A stretch of DNA of 64,000 nucleotides, taken from an uncultured Actinomycetota bacterium. GTDB lineage: Bacteria; Actinomycetota; Actinomycetes; Frankiales; Frankiaceae. Positions 26,013 through 36,906 of this stretch are shown here, piece by piece. A model generated the notes under the pieces. That model did not search any database, was not told the origin of the DNA, and saw only the letters and a list, made by a program, of their open reading frames with translations. Position 1 is the stretch's first letter. The number at the start of each line of letters is the position of its first letter. The stretch is from assembly GCA_963782485.1 (NCBI GenBank), contig CAWAJV010000007.1, positions 596,677-660,676 on the forward strand, given 5' to 3'. Made by a program: the position numbers and the translations under genes.

Positions 26013-27596
26013 GTGCGGCGTGGCGAGATATCGGTGCTTGCCGGCGCCGGCCTGCTGCTCGGTATTGCGGTAGTCGTTTCGTGGGGACGGCTTGGTCCGG
26101 AGCCGGGATCGGTCAATCCGACCCGATGGTTCGGATTCCTCGCCGCCGTCGCTCCCGATGATGCCAGCAAGGCACGCCTGCTGTACGTCTTGATTCCCGC
26201 GATTTCCCTGCTGATGCTCGCCTGGTGGCATGTGCAACGCATGTCGCTCGGTGGCCGGCTGTCCACCAGGTCGGCGTCACTGGTGGCGGCCTGCTGGGCC
26301 GTGCCGTTCGCTCTCGGGCCCGTGATCGCCAGCCGAGATGCCTACGCCTACGTCGCGCAGGGCCAGCTCGCCCGGCAAGGCTTCGATCCGGCCCGCGCCG
26401 TCGTGAGCCAGCTCGGGCCGGGAGCGTTGCTCTCGGCGGTCGACCCTCGCTGGCGCGACACCCGCCCGCCCTACGGGGGTGTCGCCGTTGCTATTCAGAA
26501 GGCCGCGGCGGGAGCCGGGTCCCCCGGGCTCTCGCTCCTGGTGCTGCGGCTGATCGCGGTGGTAGCGGTCGTCGTGCTCGTCGTGGTGGCCGCGTCCATG
26601 GTCACGCCGTCGCGACGCCCGATCGCGATCACGGCCATCGCCGCCAATCCCCTCGTGTTGCTCCACCTCGTCGCCGGGGCTCATCTGGACGCCGTCGCCG
26701 CGGCCCTGCTCGTCGGCGGCTTGGCCCTCGCCGTCCGGGCACCGGGGCGCGAGCCACCGAGCGAGTGGCGCCACGTGAGCGGCGTCGTGCTCTGCGGGCT
26801 CGCGGCCATGGTCAAGCTGCCGGCAGGGTTGGGCGCCGCGTTCCTGATGGCTCTTGGATTCGCGGTGGCCGGACCCGGGCTGTGGCGCCGGCTGCGCAGC
26901 GTGGCGATCGACCTCTTAGCGATCGTCGCCGCCGTCGGGCTCTCGATGGCGCTGAGCCAGAGCGGGCTCGGCTGGCTGCGCAATTTCGACACCCCCGGCA
27001 GGCTGCGGACGGGGATCGCGCCCGCCGACATCGGGGCGAACCTGATCTCGGCGCTCGCCTGGCTGGTCGGGTTGCACCCGGCGTCCAGCTCGGTGCTCGA
27101 CGCTGCCCGCGGATTGGCCGCCGCGCTGGCTGTCGTCCTGGCGGCCGTGCTGCTCCTCCCGCGGGCGCAGCGCATCGGGGACGGCCAGCGGCGGTGGCGG
27201 TCCCCCACCCTCGATCAGCTCGGCCTGGCGCTGCTGGCGATGGCGCTGCTCGGACCGGTGCTCTACGGCTGGTATCTGGCGCCCGCGCTCCCGCTGCTCG
27301 CCATCGCGGCGAGCCGCGCCCGCGCCGGCCGCGGGGAGCTGGCACCGCCGGTGGCCCAGGCTCTGATCTTCCTGCTATCGGTGGTGCTCACGTTTGCCAC
27401 GGCCCCCACCCTGGAGCCGGTCTGGAGGACTTTGCGCTCCCATCCGGCCTCACTCGTGGTCGTCTCCGTGGTCGTCCTGGCCGGCCTCGTCACCGCGGCC
27501 ATCGCCTGGCGCGGCGCCAGCCGGCGGGCACGTGAATCCGCCGAGCCCAGGAGCGCGCTCCCACCGCGCGAGCCGTCGCTGCAGCGTTCGCTTTAG
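26013..27596 (+). CDS. Polytopic membrane glycosyltransferase-like protein (GT-C/DUF2029-like)
   Basis: Many TM helices. Start placed at the first in-frame GTG that clears the divergent gene. Exact start uncertain. Confidence 0.55.
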   Translation: MRRGEISVLAGAGLLLGIAVVVSWGRLGPEPGSVNPTRWFGFLAAVAPDDASKARLLYVLIPAISLLMLAWWHVQRMSLGGRLSTRSASLVAACWAVPFALGPVIASRDAYAYVAQGQLARQGFDPARAVVSQLGPGALLSAVDPRWRDTRPPYGGVAVAIQKAAAGAGSPGLSLLVLRLIAVVAVVVLVVVAASMVTPSRRPIAITAIAANPLVLLHLVAGAHLDAVAAALLVGGLALAVRAPGREPPSEWRHVSGVVLCGLAAMVKLPAGLGAAFLMALGFAVAGPGLWRRLRSVAIDLLAIVAAVGLSMALSQSGLGWLRNFDTPGRLRTGIAPADIGANLISALAWLVGLHPASSSVLDAARGLAAALAVVLAAVLLLPRAQRIGDGQRRWRSPTLDQLGLALLAMALLGPVLYGWYLAPALPLLAIAASRARAGRGELAPPVAQALIFLLSVVLTFATAPTLEPVWRTLRSHPASLVVVSVVVLAGLVTAAIAWRGASRRARESAEPRSALPPREPSLQRSL

Positions 27597-27687
27597 CCGC
27601 TTGCCTGTACAAAACCGCGAAACGGTCGTTTTGAGGCCGGTATGGCGACAACTTCGCAGTTCGTGACTCTCGCGGCTGGGTGGACTG

Positions 27688-28858
27688 GTGCAGCGGGCGC
27701 GAGACGCGGGCGCTAGATTGCTGGCGGCCATCTTCGAACTCCGAGTGGAGGAAACCCTGAGCGTCGCAGCGTCAGACCCAGCGAGTCCCGAGGTCGCGCG
27801 CGGCCTTCAGCAGTGGCTTTCCACCCGGCTCGAGGGCGGCGAGCAGCTGCGCGTCGGAGAGATCAAGAAGCCGAGCAGTGGCTTCTCGGCGCAGACCTGG
27901 CTGATCGATCTGAACGACGCGTCGACGGGCGCCTTCGCACGCCGGGTCGTCGCCCGCATCGAAACGGACGACCCGCCGGTGTACCCGGTTCAGGTGCCCG
28001 ACCACCCCGGCAACCCGGCCGGGTCGGTTGAGGTGGCGCTGCAATACCAGATCATGCGAGCGGTTTCCGAAGCCGGCGGCATCCCGCTGGCCGGCCTGGT
28101 GGGCTACGAGGCCGACCCGGCGCTGCTCGGGCAACCGTTCTTCGTCATGGATTACGTGGGCGGCGACGTGCCGGCGGAGAGCCCGCCGTACACGACCGAC
28201 GGGTTCTTCACGCAGATCGCTCCCGAGACCCGCACCACCATGCTGCGCAACGGCCTCGCGGCGGTCGCGGCCGTCCATACCGTCCCCTGGCGCAAGGTCG
28301 GGCTCGACTGGCTGATCGCGCCGGGTAACACCCCGTCGATCGACACCCAGGTGGCGCTCTGGAAGCGCTACGCGGAGACCGAGCTGGCGGGCCGCGTCCA
28401 CCCATTGATGGAGACCGGCTGGAAGCTACTGGCGGAGCGGACCCCGTCGGCCGGCGAGCCGGTGCTCAACTGGGGTGACCCCCGGCCAGGCAACATCATC
28501 TGGCGCGACGGGGAGGTGGCCGCGATCACCGACTTCGAGGCCGCGTCCATCGCCCCGCCGGAGATGGATTCTCGGGTGGTGGCTGATGTTCGACCGCACC
28601 ATGCACGAGGGTGCCGGTCAGACGTCGCGGCTGCCCGGCGATCTCGCCCGCGGCGAGCAGCTCGACCTCTACGTTCAGGCCAGCGGCCGTGACGTCCAGG
28701 ACATCGACTGGTACGAGACGTTCGCCGCCGTTCGTTACTGCGCGATCGTCGTGCGCGTGATGAACCGCACGGTCGCCCGGGGTCTCATGCCGGCCGACCA
28801 CACCATCTGGCTGGAGAATCCGGCGGCGGACGCGTTGGCCCAGATCCTCGGCGAGTAG
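27688..28858 (+). pseudogene. Phosphotransferase (APH/choline-kinase-like) family protein, interrupted by a +1 frameshift at 28566-28573
   Basis: The first ORF ends in junk after ...APPEMD. The second frame continues LGWWLMFDRTMHEG..., the conserved APH C-terminus. The junction is GAT-T-CTC. Confidence 0.7.
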
Positions 28859-29057
28859 CGCTTTTCCGTCATCGCCGGGTGCCTTCACGGCCGGTCGAGC
28901 CACCACCCGATCGGGACCTCGAGAACGACCGATCCCGCGGCGGGCCGCTGACCCTCCACACCCGGTGAGGCGCGGCCCCCCGCGCACCCGATATCGGACG
29001 CGCAAACCCGCCGAATATTGACCCGTTCAGCCGTATCCCGTTGGCGGATCCGCTCCG

Positions 29058-31446
29058 ATGCTCACTGGGTCGGCGACGCGGGGGCGGGCTTCTTTGTCAT
29101 TCGAGCGAATGATCCACGATGGGTTCGACGCTGCCCCGGATGAGCCAAGAGCCGTGGATGCGGGGCCGGCCGGCGTGGTCCCAGCCCGGTCGCGTTCACG
29201 CTCACTCGGCGTCGCCGCGGCCACGGCGATCACTACGGCGTGGCTGCTCTTCGTCGTCCTCGTGCTTGCCGGAGTGCTCGCCGCGGGTCTCGTGGCAGCG
29301 ACCATCGCCGTCCTCGCTGCCGGATCGCTGATCTACCTGCGGCTGTGGCGACGCCACCGCGACCTGCAGCGGGTCCATCGATTCGTGGCCGAGCGCTTCG
29401 GCGACCACGAGATCGCCGGCCAGGCCGTGCTTCGCGACGCTGCCAGTCCGGCCACCGAGCTCGCTGCCGGCGCCGAGTTGCTGGAACGCATCCGCGAGTT
29501 CATGGGCGCTGAGTCCGCAGAACTCGTCGTCGATGACGACCGTGGCCGGCTCACCCGGGTTCGCGTGCAGGCCTCCCGCAGTGCGCCGGCGAACGAGAGC
29601 GACCTCGAATGCGCGGGCGCCACCGCCGATGCGTGCATCGTGCAGGAGTCGGGGGTCGCCGCCGCGGACTGGCCGCTGCTGCGCGTACGGCAGCAGGCTG
29701 AGCCGTTGCTGGCTTCAGCCACTACCCGAGACCGCGCGCTGGCCCGCTGGCTGGCCGCGACCGGCACTCGCGAGGCGATCCTGACGCCCGTTCGTGAGGG
29801 TGTCGGCGACCCCATTCTGATCCTGCGGAACCGGCTCGCGGTGGACGGCAGGTTCGGGCGGCGCGAGGTGGTTCAGCTCGAAGCCCTCGCCGACCACTTC
29901 GCGCACGCGCTGCACACCAGCCGGATGCTGTACCGGCTGCGCTACGAGGCCACCCATGACCCGCTCACCGGCCTGTCGAACCGCACCGTGCTCGCCGAGC
30001 AGCTGGACATCGAGCTGAGCGCTGCAGCGGACCGCGGACGCGAAAGGCAGCGTCGCGGTACTGCTCCTGGACCTCAACCGGTTCAAGGAGGTCAACGACA
30101 CGCTCGGTCACCACGTCGGCGACGCCCTGCTCCAGGTCGTCGCCCAGCGCCTGCGCAGCGCGCTTCCGGTGTCGGCGACGATCGCCCGGCTCGGGGGCGA
30201 CGAGTTCTCGATCGTGCTGACCGGCCTCACCGACGCCGCCGGACAGGCACGTGACTACGCCGACGCTGTGCTCGCCTCGCTCGCGACCCCCGTGCGGCTG
30301 GACGATGCCCTGGTGACCAGCGAGGTCAGCATCGGGATCGCCCTCGCGAGCGGCAGTGCCGGCAGCGCCGGCAGCGCCGGCAGCGCCAGCAGCGCCGAGC
30401 TGCTGCGTCACGCCGACACCGCGATGTACACCGCCAAGGCCAGCGGCGAGCATGTCACGGTCTACAGTCCCGCCCTGGACCACGGGCGCGCTGAGCGCAT
30501 GGCGCTTGCCGCCGACCTGCAGAGCGCGCTGGAGGGCGACGAATTCGTCCTGCTCTACCAGCCGAAGCTCAGCCTCGACACCGACCGCGTCGCCGGCGTC
30601 GAGGCGCTGGTGCGCTGGCAACACCCCCAGCTCGGCCTGCTGGAGCCGGATGCCTTCATCCCGCTGGCGGAGGCGACCGGTCTGGTCGAGCCGCTCACCC
30701 GGATCGTGCTCGCCCAGGCTCTCCGGCAGTGTCGCGACTGGGCACGCATGGGGCTTGAGCTCTCGGTCGCAGTGAACCTGCCGGCGCGTTCCGTGGCGAA
30801 CCCGACACTGCCCGCCGCCGTCGTCGAACTGCTGCGCCAGAACGGTGTGGACCCGACCCAGCTCATCCTCGAGATCACCGAGGCAAGCGTCATCAACGAT
30901 CCGGAGCGCAGCGTCCCCGTGCTCGACAAGCTCGCGGCCACTGGCGTCGCCCTGTCACTGGACGACTTCGGCACCGGCTACGCGAGCCTGTCGTACCTGC
31001 AGCGGCTACCGGTACGCGAGGTGAAGATCGACCGCTCGTTCGTCGCCGGGCTGACCGACCCGGACGCCGGCCCCGGGACGGCGGCAGCCAGCCGCGAATG
31101 CGCCACTCTGGTGCGCAGCATCCTGAACCTGGCGGCCGGACTCGAGCTGCGCGTCGTCGCCGAAGGGGTCGAGGACGAGGAGTGCCTGGACCTGCTGCGC
31201 GGCTTGGGCGTGGATGTGGTGCAGGGCTACTTCGTCGGCCGGCCGATGGAAGCGTCACAGCTGGCCCGCCAGCTCGCCGCACACCACGCGGCTCCCATAC
31301 CGGCCATGCGGCTGGCCGCAGTGCAGCGGGTCGAAGTGACGTCACGTGACGTGCCGGAGCCGCGCGAGCGGCGCCGGCGCAGCGCACCGGATGTGCCCGG
31401 CAGGGGTCAGTCGCGCTCGGGCTCGCCGGAGCCCAGCTCCCCGTAG
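29058..31446 (+). pseudogene. Membrane-anchored GAF-GGDEF-EAL protein (c-di-GMP turnover), with a frameshift near 30041-30046
   Basis: TM helices, then a GAF-like region. GGDEF split across two frames (THDPLTGLSNR ... | ... VAVLLLDLNRFKEVND ... RLGGDEFSIV). EAL motifs include ELLYQP-like EFVLLYQPK and DDFGTGYASL. Confidence 0.75.
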
Positions 31447-32594
31447 CCCGGAAGCCGCGGCGGCTTGCGGCCGTTCGCCCCGTCGTCACCTTCCTGCTGC
31501 CCCAGCACCGGACCCGAGCCAAGACCCTCGGTGACTGACCGCAGGATCGCGAGCCCTTGCGATGCCAGCGACGCAACCGTGCCGTTCAGCCCCTCCGCAC
31601 CGTTGAGAACGGTGACGTTGGCGTTGGACAGGCCCGATGCTGCCGCCGAGATCATCTGCGGGAGCTGGGCGATGATCGCCTGGTCCAGCGCGATGCGGTT
31701 CTCCGAGCCGGCCGCCTGCGCCGACAAGCGGGTGCGGTCGGCCTCGGCCTGGGCGAGGGTGCGGATGCGCTCCGCCTCGGCCTGGGCGGGCTTGACGATC
31801 TCGGCGACCAGCTGAGCCTCGCGCAGCTCGGCGTTCTTCTCGGCGACCTTTGCCTGCTCCACCAGGACTTCCTGCTGTGCCTGCGCCGCGGCCAGCGGGC
31901 CGGCCTGCCCGGCGCGCGCCTGGGCCTGGTCGATCTGCGACTGGTACTCGGCGCGGGCGACGGCGGTCTGGCGCTCGTACTCCGCCTGCTGGCGCAGCGA
32001 CTGCTGGCGCGCCTCGGCGGAAGCCTGGTCGGCCCGGGCCTGAGCGATCTGCGCCTCTCGGTTCACGGCGGCTTGGTGGGGTGCGGCAAGAGCGGTGATG
32101 TAGCCGGAGCCCTTGTCGTCGATCGACTGGATCTGCAGCGAATCGACCGCCAGGCCGATCTTGGCCATCTCCAATTTCGAGCCGTCCAGCACCTGCTCGG
32201 CCAGCGTCTGCCGCTCACGAATGATGTCTTCGACCGTCATCGACCCGACGATCGAGCGGAGGTGACCGGAGAAGATCTGCCCGGTCAGGGTGGACATCTG
32301 GTCCTGGTCGGCGAGGAAGCGGCGAGCGGCGTTCGAGATCGACTCCGGATCGTCGCCGACCTTGAAGGCGATGACCGCGCGCACGAGCAGCGTGATGCCC
32401 TGCTGGGTCACGCATTCCTCGGTGACGAGCGCCTCCTGCATGGCCAGCGTCAGAAACGAGACCCGGGACCGGATGGGAAGGACGAAGGCACCGTGTCCGG
32501 TGACGATCTTTACCGGCAAGGCATTGCTGCCTTTCTGCCGCCCACCGGAGACGAGCATCGCCTGGTTGGGCGCCGGAACATGCCATCCGAACAT
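31407..32594 (-). CDS. Flotillin-like SPFH/band-7 protein
   Basis: SPFH domain followed by a long Ala/Gln/Glu-rich coiled-coil (flotillin repeat region). Confidence 0.85.
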   Translation of the reverse strand: MFGWHVPAPNQAMLVSGGRQKGSNALPVKIVTGHGAFVLPIRSRVSFLTLAMQEALVTEECVTQQGITLLVRAVIAFKVGDDPESISNAARRFLADQDQMSTLTGQIFSGHLRSIVGSMTVEDIIRERQTLAEQVLDGSKLEMAKIGLAVDSLQIQSIDDKGSGYITALAAPHQAAVNREAQIAQARADQASAEARQQSLRQQAEYERQTAVARAEYQSQIDQAQARAGQAGPLAAAQAQQEVLVEQAKVAEKNAELREAQLVAEIVKPAQAEAERIRTLAQAEADRTRLSAQAAGSENRIALDQAIIAQLPQMISAAASGLSNANVTVLNGAEGLNGTVASLASQGLAILRSVTEGLGSGPVLGQQEGDDGANGRKPPRLPGYGELGSGEPERD

Positions 32595-32627
32595 CGAGAC
32601 TCCTTCGTCGCGAAGAGCGAGAGTAGA

Positions 32628-32873
32628 TCAGCGGACGAGCGGGTCGCCCTCCGGCAGTGCGTAAGGCCACGGCCAGGGCTCGACATCAACCGCGCGCTCT
32701 CCACGCGAGGAAACGACCAGCACATTCGTGTCGCGCTCGATGACCGCATCGGCGAAGGCGATGAACACCTCACGTCCCCCGCGAACCGGCACGAGCACTT
32801 CCCCCGGACCCTCTGCGCCGCGCACCCGCACGATGATCCGGCCTACCTTGCCGGTCACCTCGGGGTCGACCAC
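32628..32873 (-). CDS. NfeD-like OB-fold protein (short form)
   Basis: Beta-rich OB-like sequence (KVGRIIVRVRGAEGPGEVLVPVRGG..AVIER), immediately upstream of the flotillin gene in the classic NfeD-flotillin arrangement. Confidence 0.5.
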   Translation of the reverse strand: MVDPEVTGKVGRIIVRVRGAEGPGEVLVPVRGGREVFIAFADAVIERDTNVLVVSSRGERAVDVEPWPWPYALPEGDPLVR

Positions 32874-32949
32874 GTACCAAACGGTAACTGTCCGGCGCCC
32901 CTTGCACCGGAGGGCTGTGGAAACCCGCCCCGCGGGGACGAAAACCCGG

Positions 32950-33405
32950 CTACGCCGTCAGCTGGTCGCGCTCCTCGACGGCACCGACGAGCAGCGCCAG
33001 GGTCGCACCGACCTCCGCCCGCTGGGCAGCCCGCAGCGGCAGGCTCTGCTCCCAGTCGTGCAAGTCGGCGTTGACGGCCTTGGCGAGCTGGCGGCCCTTG
33101 GGGGTCAGCGAGACGACCACCCGCCGGCGGTCGTGCTGATCCGGTGAGCGACGCACCCATCCGGCGGCCTCGAGGCGATCGAGGGTGAGGGTCATCCCAC
33201 CCGTCGTGCGCCCGAGCATGGCGCAGATGTCGGTCGGCCGGCCCCGGCCGCCGGGTGAGCGGCGCACCGCCCCTATCACCAGGTAGTCGGCGTAAGCGAT
33301 CCCGCGGGCCTGGCTGATGCGCTCGAGTTCGGCATCCACCAGCAACGTCAGCCGGGCGAGCGGGCTGAGCAGGCTCAGCTCCGGGGGAAGCGCCGGTGCC
33401 GTCAC
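32950..33405 (-). CDS. MarR-family transcriptional regulator
   Basis: Winged-HTH (PTDICAMLGRTTGGMTLTLDRLEAAGWVRR). GTGA overlap with the upstream amidohydrolase gene. The long ORF upstream of this start is antisense junk. Confidence 0.8.
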   Translation of the reverse strand: MTAPALPPELSLLSPLARLTLLVDAELERISQARGIAYADYLVIGAVRRSPGGRGRPTDICAMLGRTTGGMTLTLDRLEAAGWVRRSPDQHDRRRVVVSLTPKGRQLAKAVNADLHDWEQSLPLRAAQRAEVGATLALLVGAVEERDQLTA

Positions 33406-34634
33406 TCGGAGATGCCGAAGCGCTCGAGCCCGTACGCCTTGATCGCGTTGCCGCGCAGGAACTGCCAGCACTCGTGGGCATTCAGCCCCGCGCCGGCACA
33501 CAACCGGTGGGCCACCTCGCGGGAGCGCGGGAAGGTCCCGTCGGAGTGGGGGTAGTCGGTCTCGAACAGGATCGACTCCATGCCGACGGTGTCGCGGGCG
33601 ACCAGACCGTGCTGGTCGTCGAAGACGCAGCCCCAGATGTGGCCGCGGGCGTAGCTGCTGGGCGAGTTCGGCAGGTCGAGGTCGCCGACGCCTTCCTTCC
33701 AGACCAGGTCCATCCGCTCGAGCAGGTACGGAAGCCAGCCGATCTGGCTCTCCGCCCACACCACCTTCAGCTCCGGGAAGCGCGCGAGCGTGCCCGAGAA
33801 AACCCAGTCGACGACGGAACCCTGCGCGTTCTGCGACGACAGGGCCATCGAGGTGGACAGCGGGGCGTCGGGACTCGTCGTCGGCATGCTCGAGGAGGAG
33901 CCGATGTGCATCGAGACGGTGGTCTCCGTCTCGGCACACGCCGCGAGGAACGGGTCCCACTTGCCCGAGTAAAGGCTCGGGAGGTTGAGCTTCGTGGGGT
34001 TCTCCGAGAACGCGACCGCGTGCGAGCCCTTGCCGGCGCAGCGGCGCACCTCGGCGGCGGCCAGGTGGGGATCCCAGAGCGGGATCAGGGTGAGCGGGAT
34101 GAGGCGGCCGCGACCTTCGCCGGCGCACCACTCGTCGATCATCCAGTCGTTGTAGATCTGCAGGCACCGAAGTGCGAGGTCCTTGTCGGAGCGCTCGGCG
34201 AACCCCTGACCGGCGAACCGCGGGAAGATGTTGGGGTAGTTGATCGCCGCCTCGACATGGTTCGTATCCATGTCCTCCAGCCGTTCCTTCTGCTGATACG
34301 TGCCGGGGCGGAAGTCCTCGTAGGTGGCGGCCTTGTTGCTCACTTCACCGCGGGTGAAGCCGGCCGGCCCGTGCAGCAGCCCGGTCGGTACCGCGAGGTC
34401 GTCGAAGAGCCAGACATCGCACCAGTCGCCGTCGGGGGCGTCGCGCACGAAACCGTAATGACCACCGGTGAATTCGAGGCGCACCCGCTCGCGGACGGTA
34501 CGGGGTCCACGGCTGCGCAAGCTCGCCGGGAGCTCGCGCTGCCAGAGGTCGCGCGGCTCCATGACGTGGTCGTCGACCGAAATAATGAGAGGCAGCTCAG
34601 CGGCCTTCGGGGTGGCGGCGCTCGGGGTGGTCAT
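33402..34634 (-). CDS. Amidohydrolase-2 family metal-dependent hydrolase (ACMSD-like)
   Basis: TIM-barrel metal ligands (DDHVMEP N-terminal His pair; HIGSSS; ETDYPHSD). Confidence 0.85.
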   Translation of the reverse strand: MTTPSAATPKAAELPLIISVDDHVMEPRDLWQRELPASLRSRGPRTVRERVRLEFTGGHYGFVRDAPDGDWCDVWLFDDLAVPTGLLHGPAGFTRGEVSNKAATYEDFRPGTYQQKERLEDMDTNHVEAAINYPNIFPRFAGQGFAERSDKDLALRCLQIYNDWMIDEWCAGEGRGRLIPLTLIPLWDPHLAAAEVRRCAGKGSHAVAFSENPTKLNLPSLYSGKWDPFLAACAETETTVSMHIGSSSSMPTTSPDAPLSTSMALSSQNAQGSVVDWVFSGTLARFPELKVVWAESQIGWLPYLLERMDLVWKEGVGDLDLPNSPSSYARGHIWGCVFDDQHGLVARDTVGMESILFETDYPHSDGTFPRSREVAHRLCAGAGLNAHECWQFLRGNAIKAYGLERFGISE

Positions 34635-34685
34635 CGCAGGATCGTGCTCCTTCCGGCGCCCACCAGGGCGCCCTTCCGGAAAAAT

Positions 34686-34703
34686 TAGCTTTGTGCAAAG
34701 CTA
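34686..34703. promoter_or_regulatory. 18-bp palindrome TAGCTTTGtgCAAAGCTA in the divergent amidohydrolase/MarR and cupin promoter region
   Basis: Seen in sequence, 16/18 symmetric. Typical MarR operator geometry. Confidence 0.45.
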
Positions 34704-34772
34704 CGCGAGCAAAAGCTTCCACACAACCCCAGGCCACCCCGTCCCGACGTCTCTAGCATCGGAGCACCGCTT

Positions 34773-35302
34773 GTGACAGCACCGACCGATTCCCCCAAGA
34801 TTCCCGGCAAGGAGCCGATCTTCCGCTCGCTCGACGACCCCGACATGCGCTGGCAGCAGGTCAAGCGGCAGCGCAACGCCGACGGCTCGGAATCCTCCGT
34901 GTGGGAGAAGTGGCTCGCGTTCTCCCCGATCCGCAGTACCTGTCGCTGTACGCGAAGTACGACCCCGGCATGATCGTGCGCCGCCACGGCCACTTCAGCC
35001 CTCACGTGCTCTTCGTGATCGCGGGCGAGCTGTGGTTCGGCGAGACGCATGCCCCGGCCGGCACGCATGTCGAGCTGCCCTACGGCGCCGCCTTCGGTCC
35101 CATCCGGGCCGGGAAGGAAGGCGCGACCCTCTTCGAGGTGATGCTGGGCGACCCGCGCTCGTGGGGCGACGAGCCGGAGACGCTCGAGCATGCCCGCGCC
35201 GAGCATGGGGTCGAGCCGCTGCCCGACGTCGAGCTGGAGTTTCCTGATTGGCTCACGGATCTGCGCAGCCACTGGACGGGCGCCGCAACACCCGAGAGCT
35301 GA
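34773..35302 (+). pseudogene. Cupin-domain protein, frameshifted at the C-run 34924-34927
   Basis: ORF 34773-34973 and ORF 34901-35302 join as ...VWEKWLAFSP|DPQYLSLYAKYDPGMIVRRHGH... when a fifth C is restored. Confidence 0.6.
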
Positions 35303-35359
35303 CCCAGAAGCCGGAAAGTGGTGCACGCCTCAGTCCGCGCCGCTCCCTCGCGATGAAAC

Positions 35360-35386
35360 TTTGGCTCCCGTATGTTTGGAGCCAAA
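35360..35386. promoter_or_regulatory. Perfect 9-bp inverted repeat TTTGGCTCC-n9-GGAGCCAAA upstream of the MFS-MarR operon
   Basis: Seen in sequence. Confidence 0.45.
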
Positions 35387-35448
35387 GCATTTCTCGAGGG
35401 GGGTGGCGCGTGGCTGGCTCGGTCGCCGCGCTCGCCAGAGGTCCGCGG

Positions 35449-36906
35449 ATGGACCCGTACGTCCGCCGCATCGGGCTGGTGACCGTCCTCGGTTCCGTGA
35501 TGTCGGTGCTCGACACCACGATCGTCAACGTCGCTCTCGGCCCGCTCGCCCGCGAGCTGCACACCAGCCTCGCGACGATCCAGTGGGTCGCGACGGGCTA
35601 CCTGCTCGCGCTCGCCGCCAGCGTTCCGGTCAGCGCGTGGGCGGCCAAGCGCGTCGGCATCAAGAAGCTGTACCTCGCCTCGGTGATCGTCTTCACGGTC
35701 GGCTCGGCCCTCTGCGGGCTGGCGTGGTCGGCCGGCAGCCTCATCGCCTTCCGCGTGCTGCAGGGCGTCGGCGGCGGCATGATCATGCCGGTCGGCCAGA
35801 TGATCCTGGTCAAGGCGGCGGGCAAGGAGAATCTCGGCCGGATCATGGGCGTGCTCTCCACCCCCACGGTCATCGCGCCGGTCTTCGGCCCCACCCTCGG
35901 CGGCGTGCTCCTGCAGGCCTTCGGCTGGGAGTGGATCTTCCTCATCAACGTGCCCATCGGCGTCGCGGCGATCTACTACGCGATCAGGGTGCTGCCGGAC
36001 GACGAGCCGGAGTACGCCGGCAAGCTCGACATCCTCGGGCTCCTCCTGGCCGCCGGCGGCACCGTCTCGTTGACCTACGGGCTCTCGGAGACGGGGCTCA
36101 AGGGCTCGGTCGCCGAACCCGGCTCCGGCGGCATGATCGCGCTCGGGTTCCTCCTGCTCGCCGCGTTCGTGATCCATTCGCTGCGCTCCCCCGCGCCATT
36201 GCTGAACATCCGGCTGTTCAAGAACCGGGGCTACGCGGCCGTCGCGGTCGCGTGCTTCACGAGCGGTGCCGCCATGTTCGCGTCGATGGTCGTCTCGCCG
36301 CTGTTCTTCCAGGCCGTTCACCACGAGAGCGCGACGGTCACCGGTCTGCTGGTCGCGCCGACGTCCATCGGCGTGGCGCTGGTGATCAGCTCGGCCGGCC
36401 GGGCGACGGACCGCTTCGGCGGCGGGCGCGTCGCGGTCTGCGGCATCCTCGTGGGCTGCGCGAGCCTGCTGCCCTACACGGTGTTCACCGAGCACACCCC
36501 GTACGGCCTGATCGTCGGGGTCAGCATCGTGCGCGGGATCGGCTTCGGCGCCATCGGCCTGCCGCTGTTCGCCGTCGCGTTCTCGCTGCTGCACGAGGAC
36601 CACGTGCGCGACGCGAGCGCGCAGCTGAACGTGTTGAACCGGGTCGGCGGATCGCTCGGGACGGCCGTGGCGACGGTGGTGCTGCAGCAAGCGCTGCACC
36701 ACCACGCCAACACCCCGGCGGGCGCCGCGGCCGCGTTCCGCCACACGTACTGGTGGCTCTTCGTCGTCGGGGCGATCGCGATCGTCCCGGCGTTCTGGCT
36801 GCTCCTCATCGAGCGGCGCGAGCGCCTTCACCCCCAAGACGGCGGCTTGCACCCCACCCACACCGGCAGCAGCGTTGCGCTCGAATCGGCCCTGGAGGTC
36901 TTGTGA
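35449..36906 (+). CDS. MFS transporter, DHA2 (14-TMS drug:H+ antiporter) family
   Basis: 14 predicted TM helices; motif A-like GxLaDrxGrkxxl region; VLQGVGGG motif. Start at the Met after the operator-like palindrome. Confidence 0.85.
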   Translation: MDPYVRRIGLVTVLGSVMSVLDTTIVNVALGPLARELHTSLATIQWVATGYLLALAASVPVSAWAAKRVGIKKLYLASVIVFTVGSALCGLAWSAGSLIAFRVLQGVGGGMIMPVGQMILVKAAGKENLGRIMGVLSTPTVIAPVFGPTLGGVLLQAFGWEWIFLINVPIGVAAIYYAIRVLPDDEPEYAGKLDILGLLLAAGGTVSLTYGLSETGLKGSVAEPGSGGMIALGFLLLAAFVIHSLRSPAPLLNIRLFKNRGYAAVAVACFTSGAAMFASMVVSPLFFQAVHHESATVTGLLVAPTSIGVALVISSAGRATDRFGGGRVAVCGILVGCASLLPYTVFTEHTPYGLIVGVSIVRGIGFGAIGLPLFAVAFSLLHEDHVRDASAQLNVLNRVGGSLGTAVATVVLQQALHHHANTPAGAAAAFRHTYWWLFVVGAIAIVPAFWLLLIERRERLHPQDGGLHPTHTGSSVALESALEVL

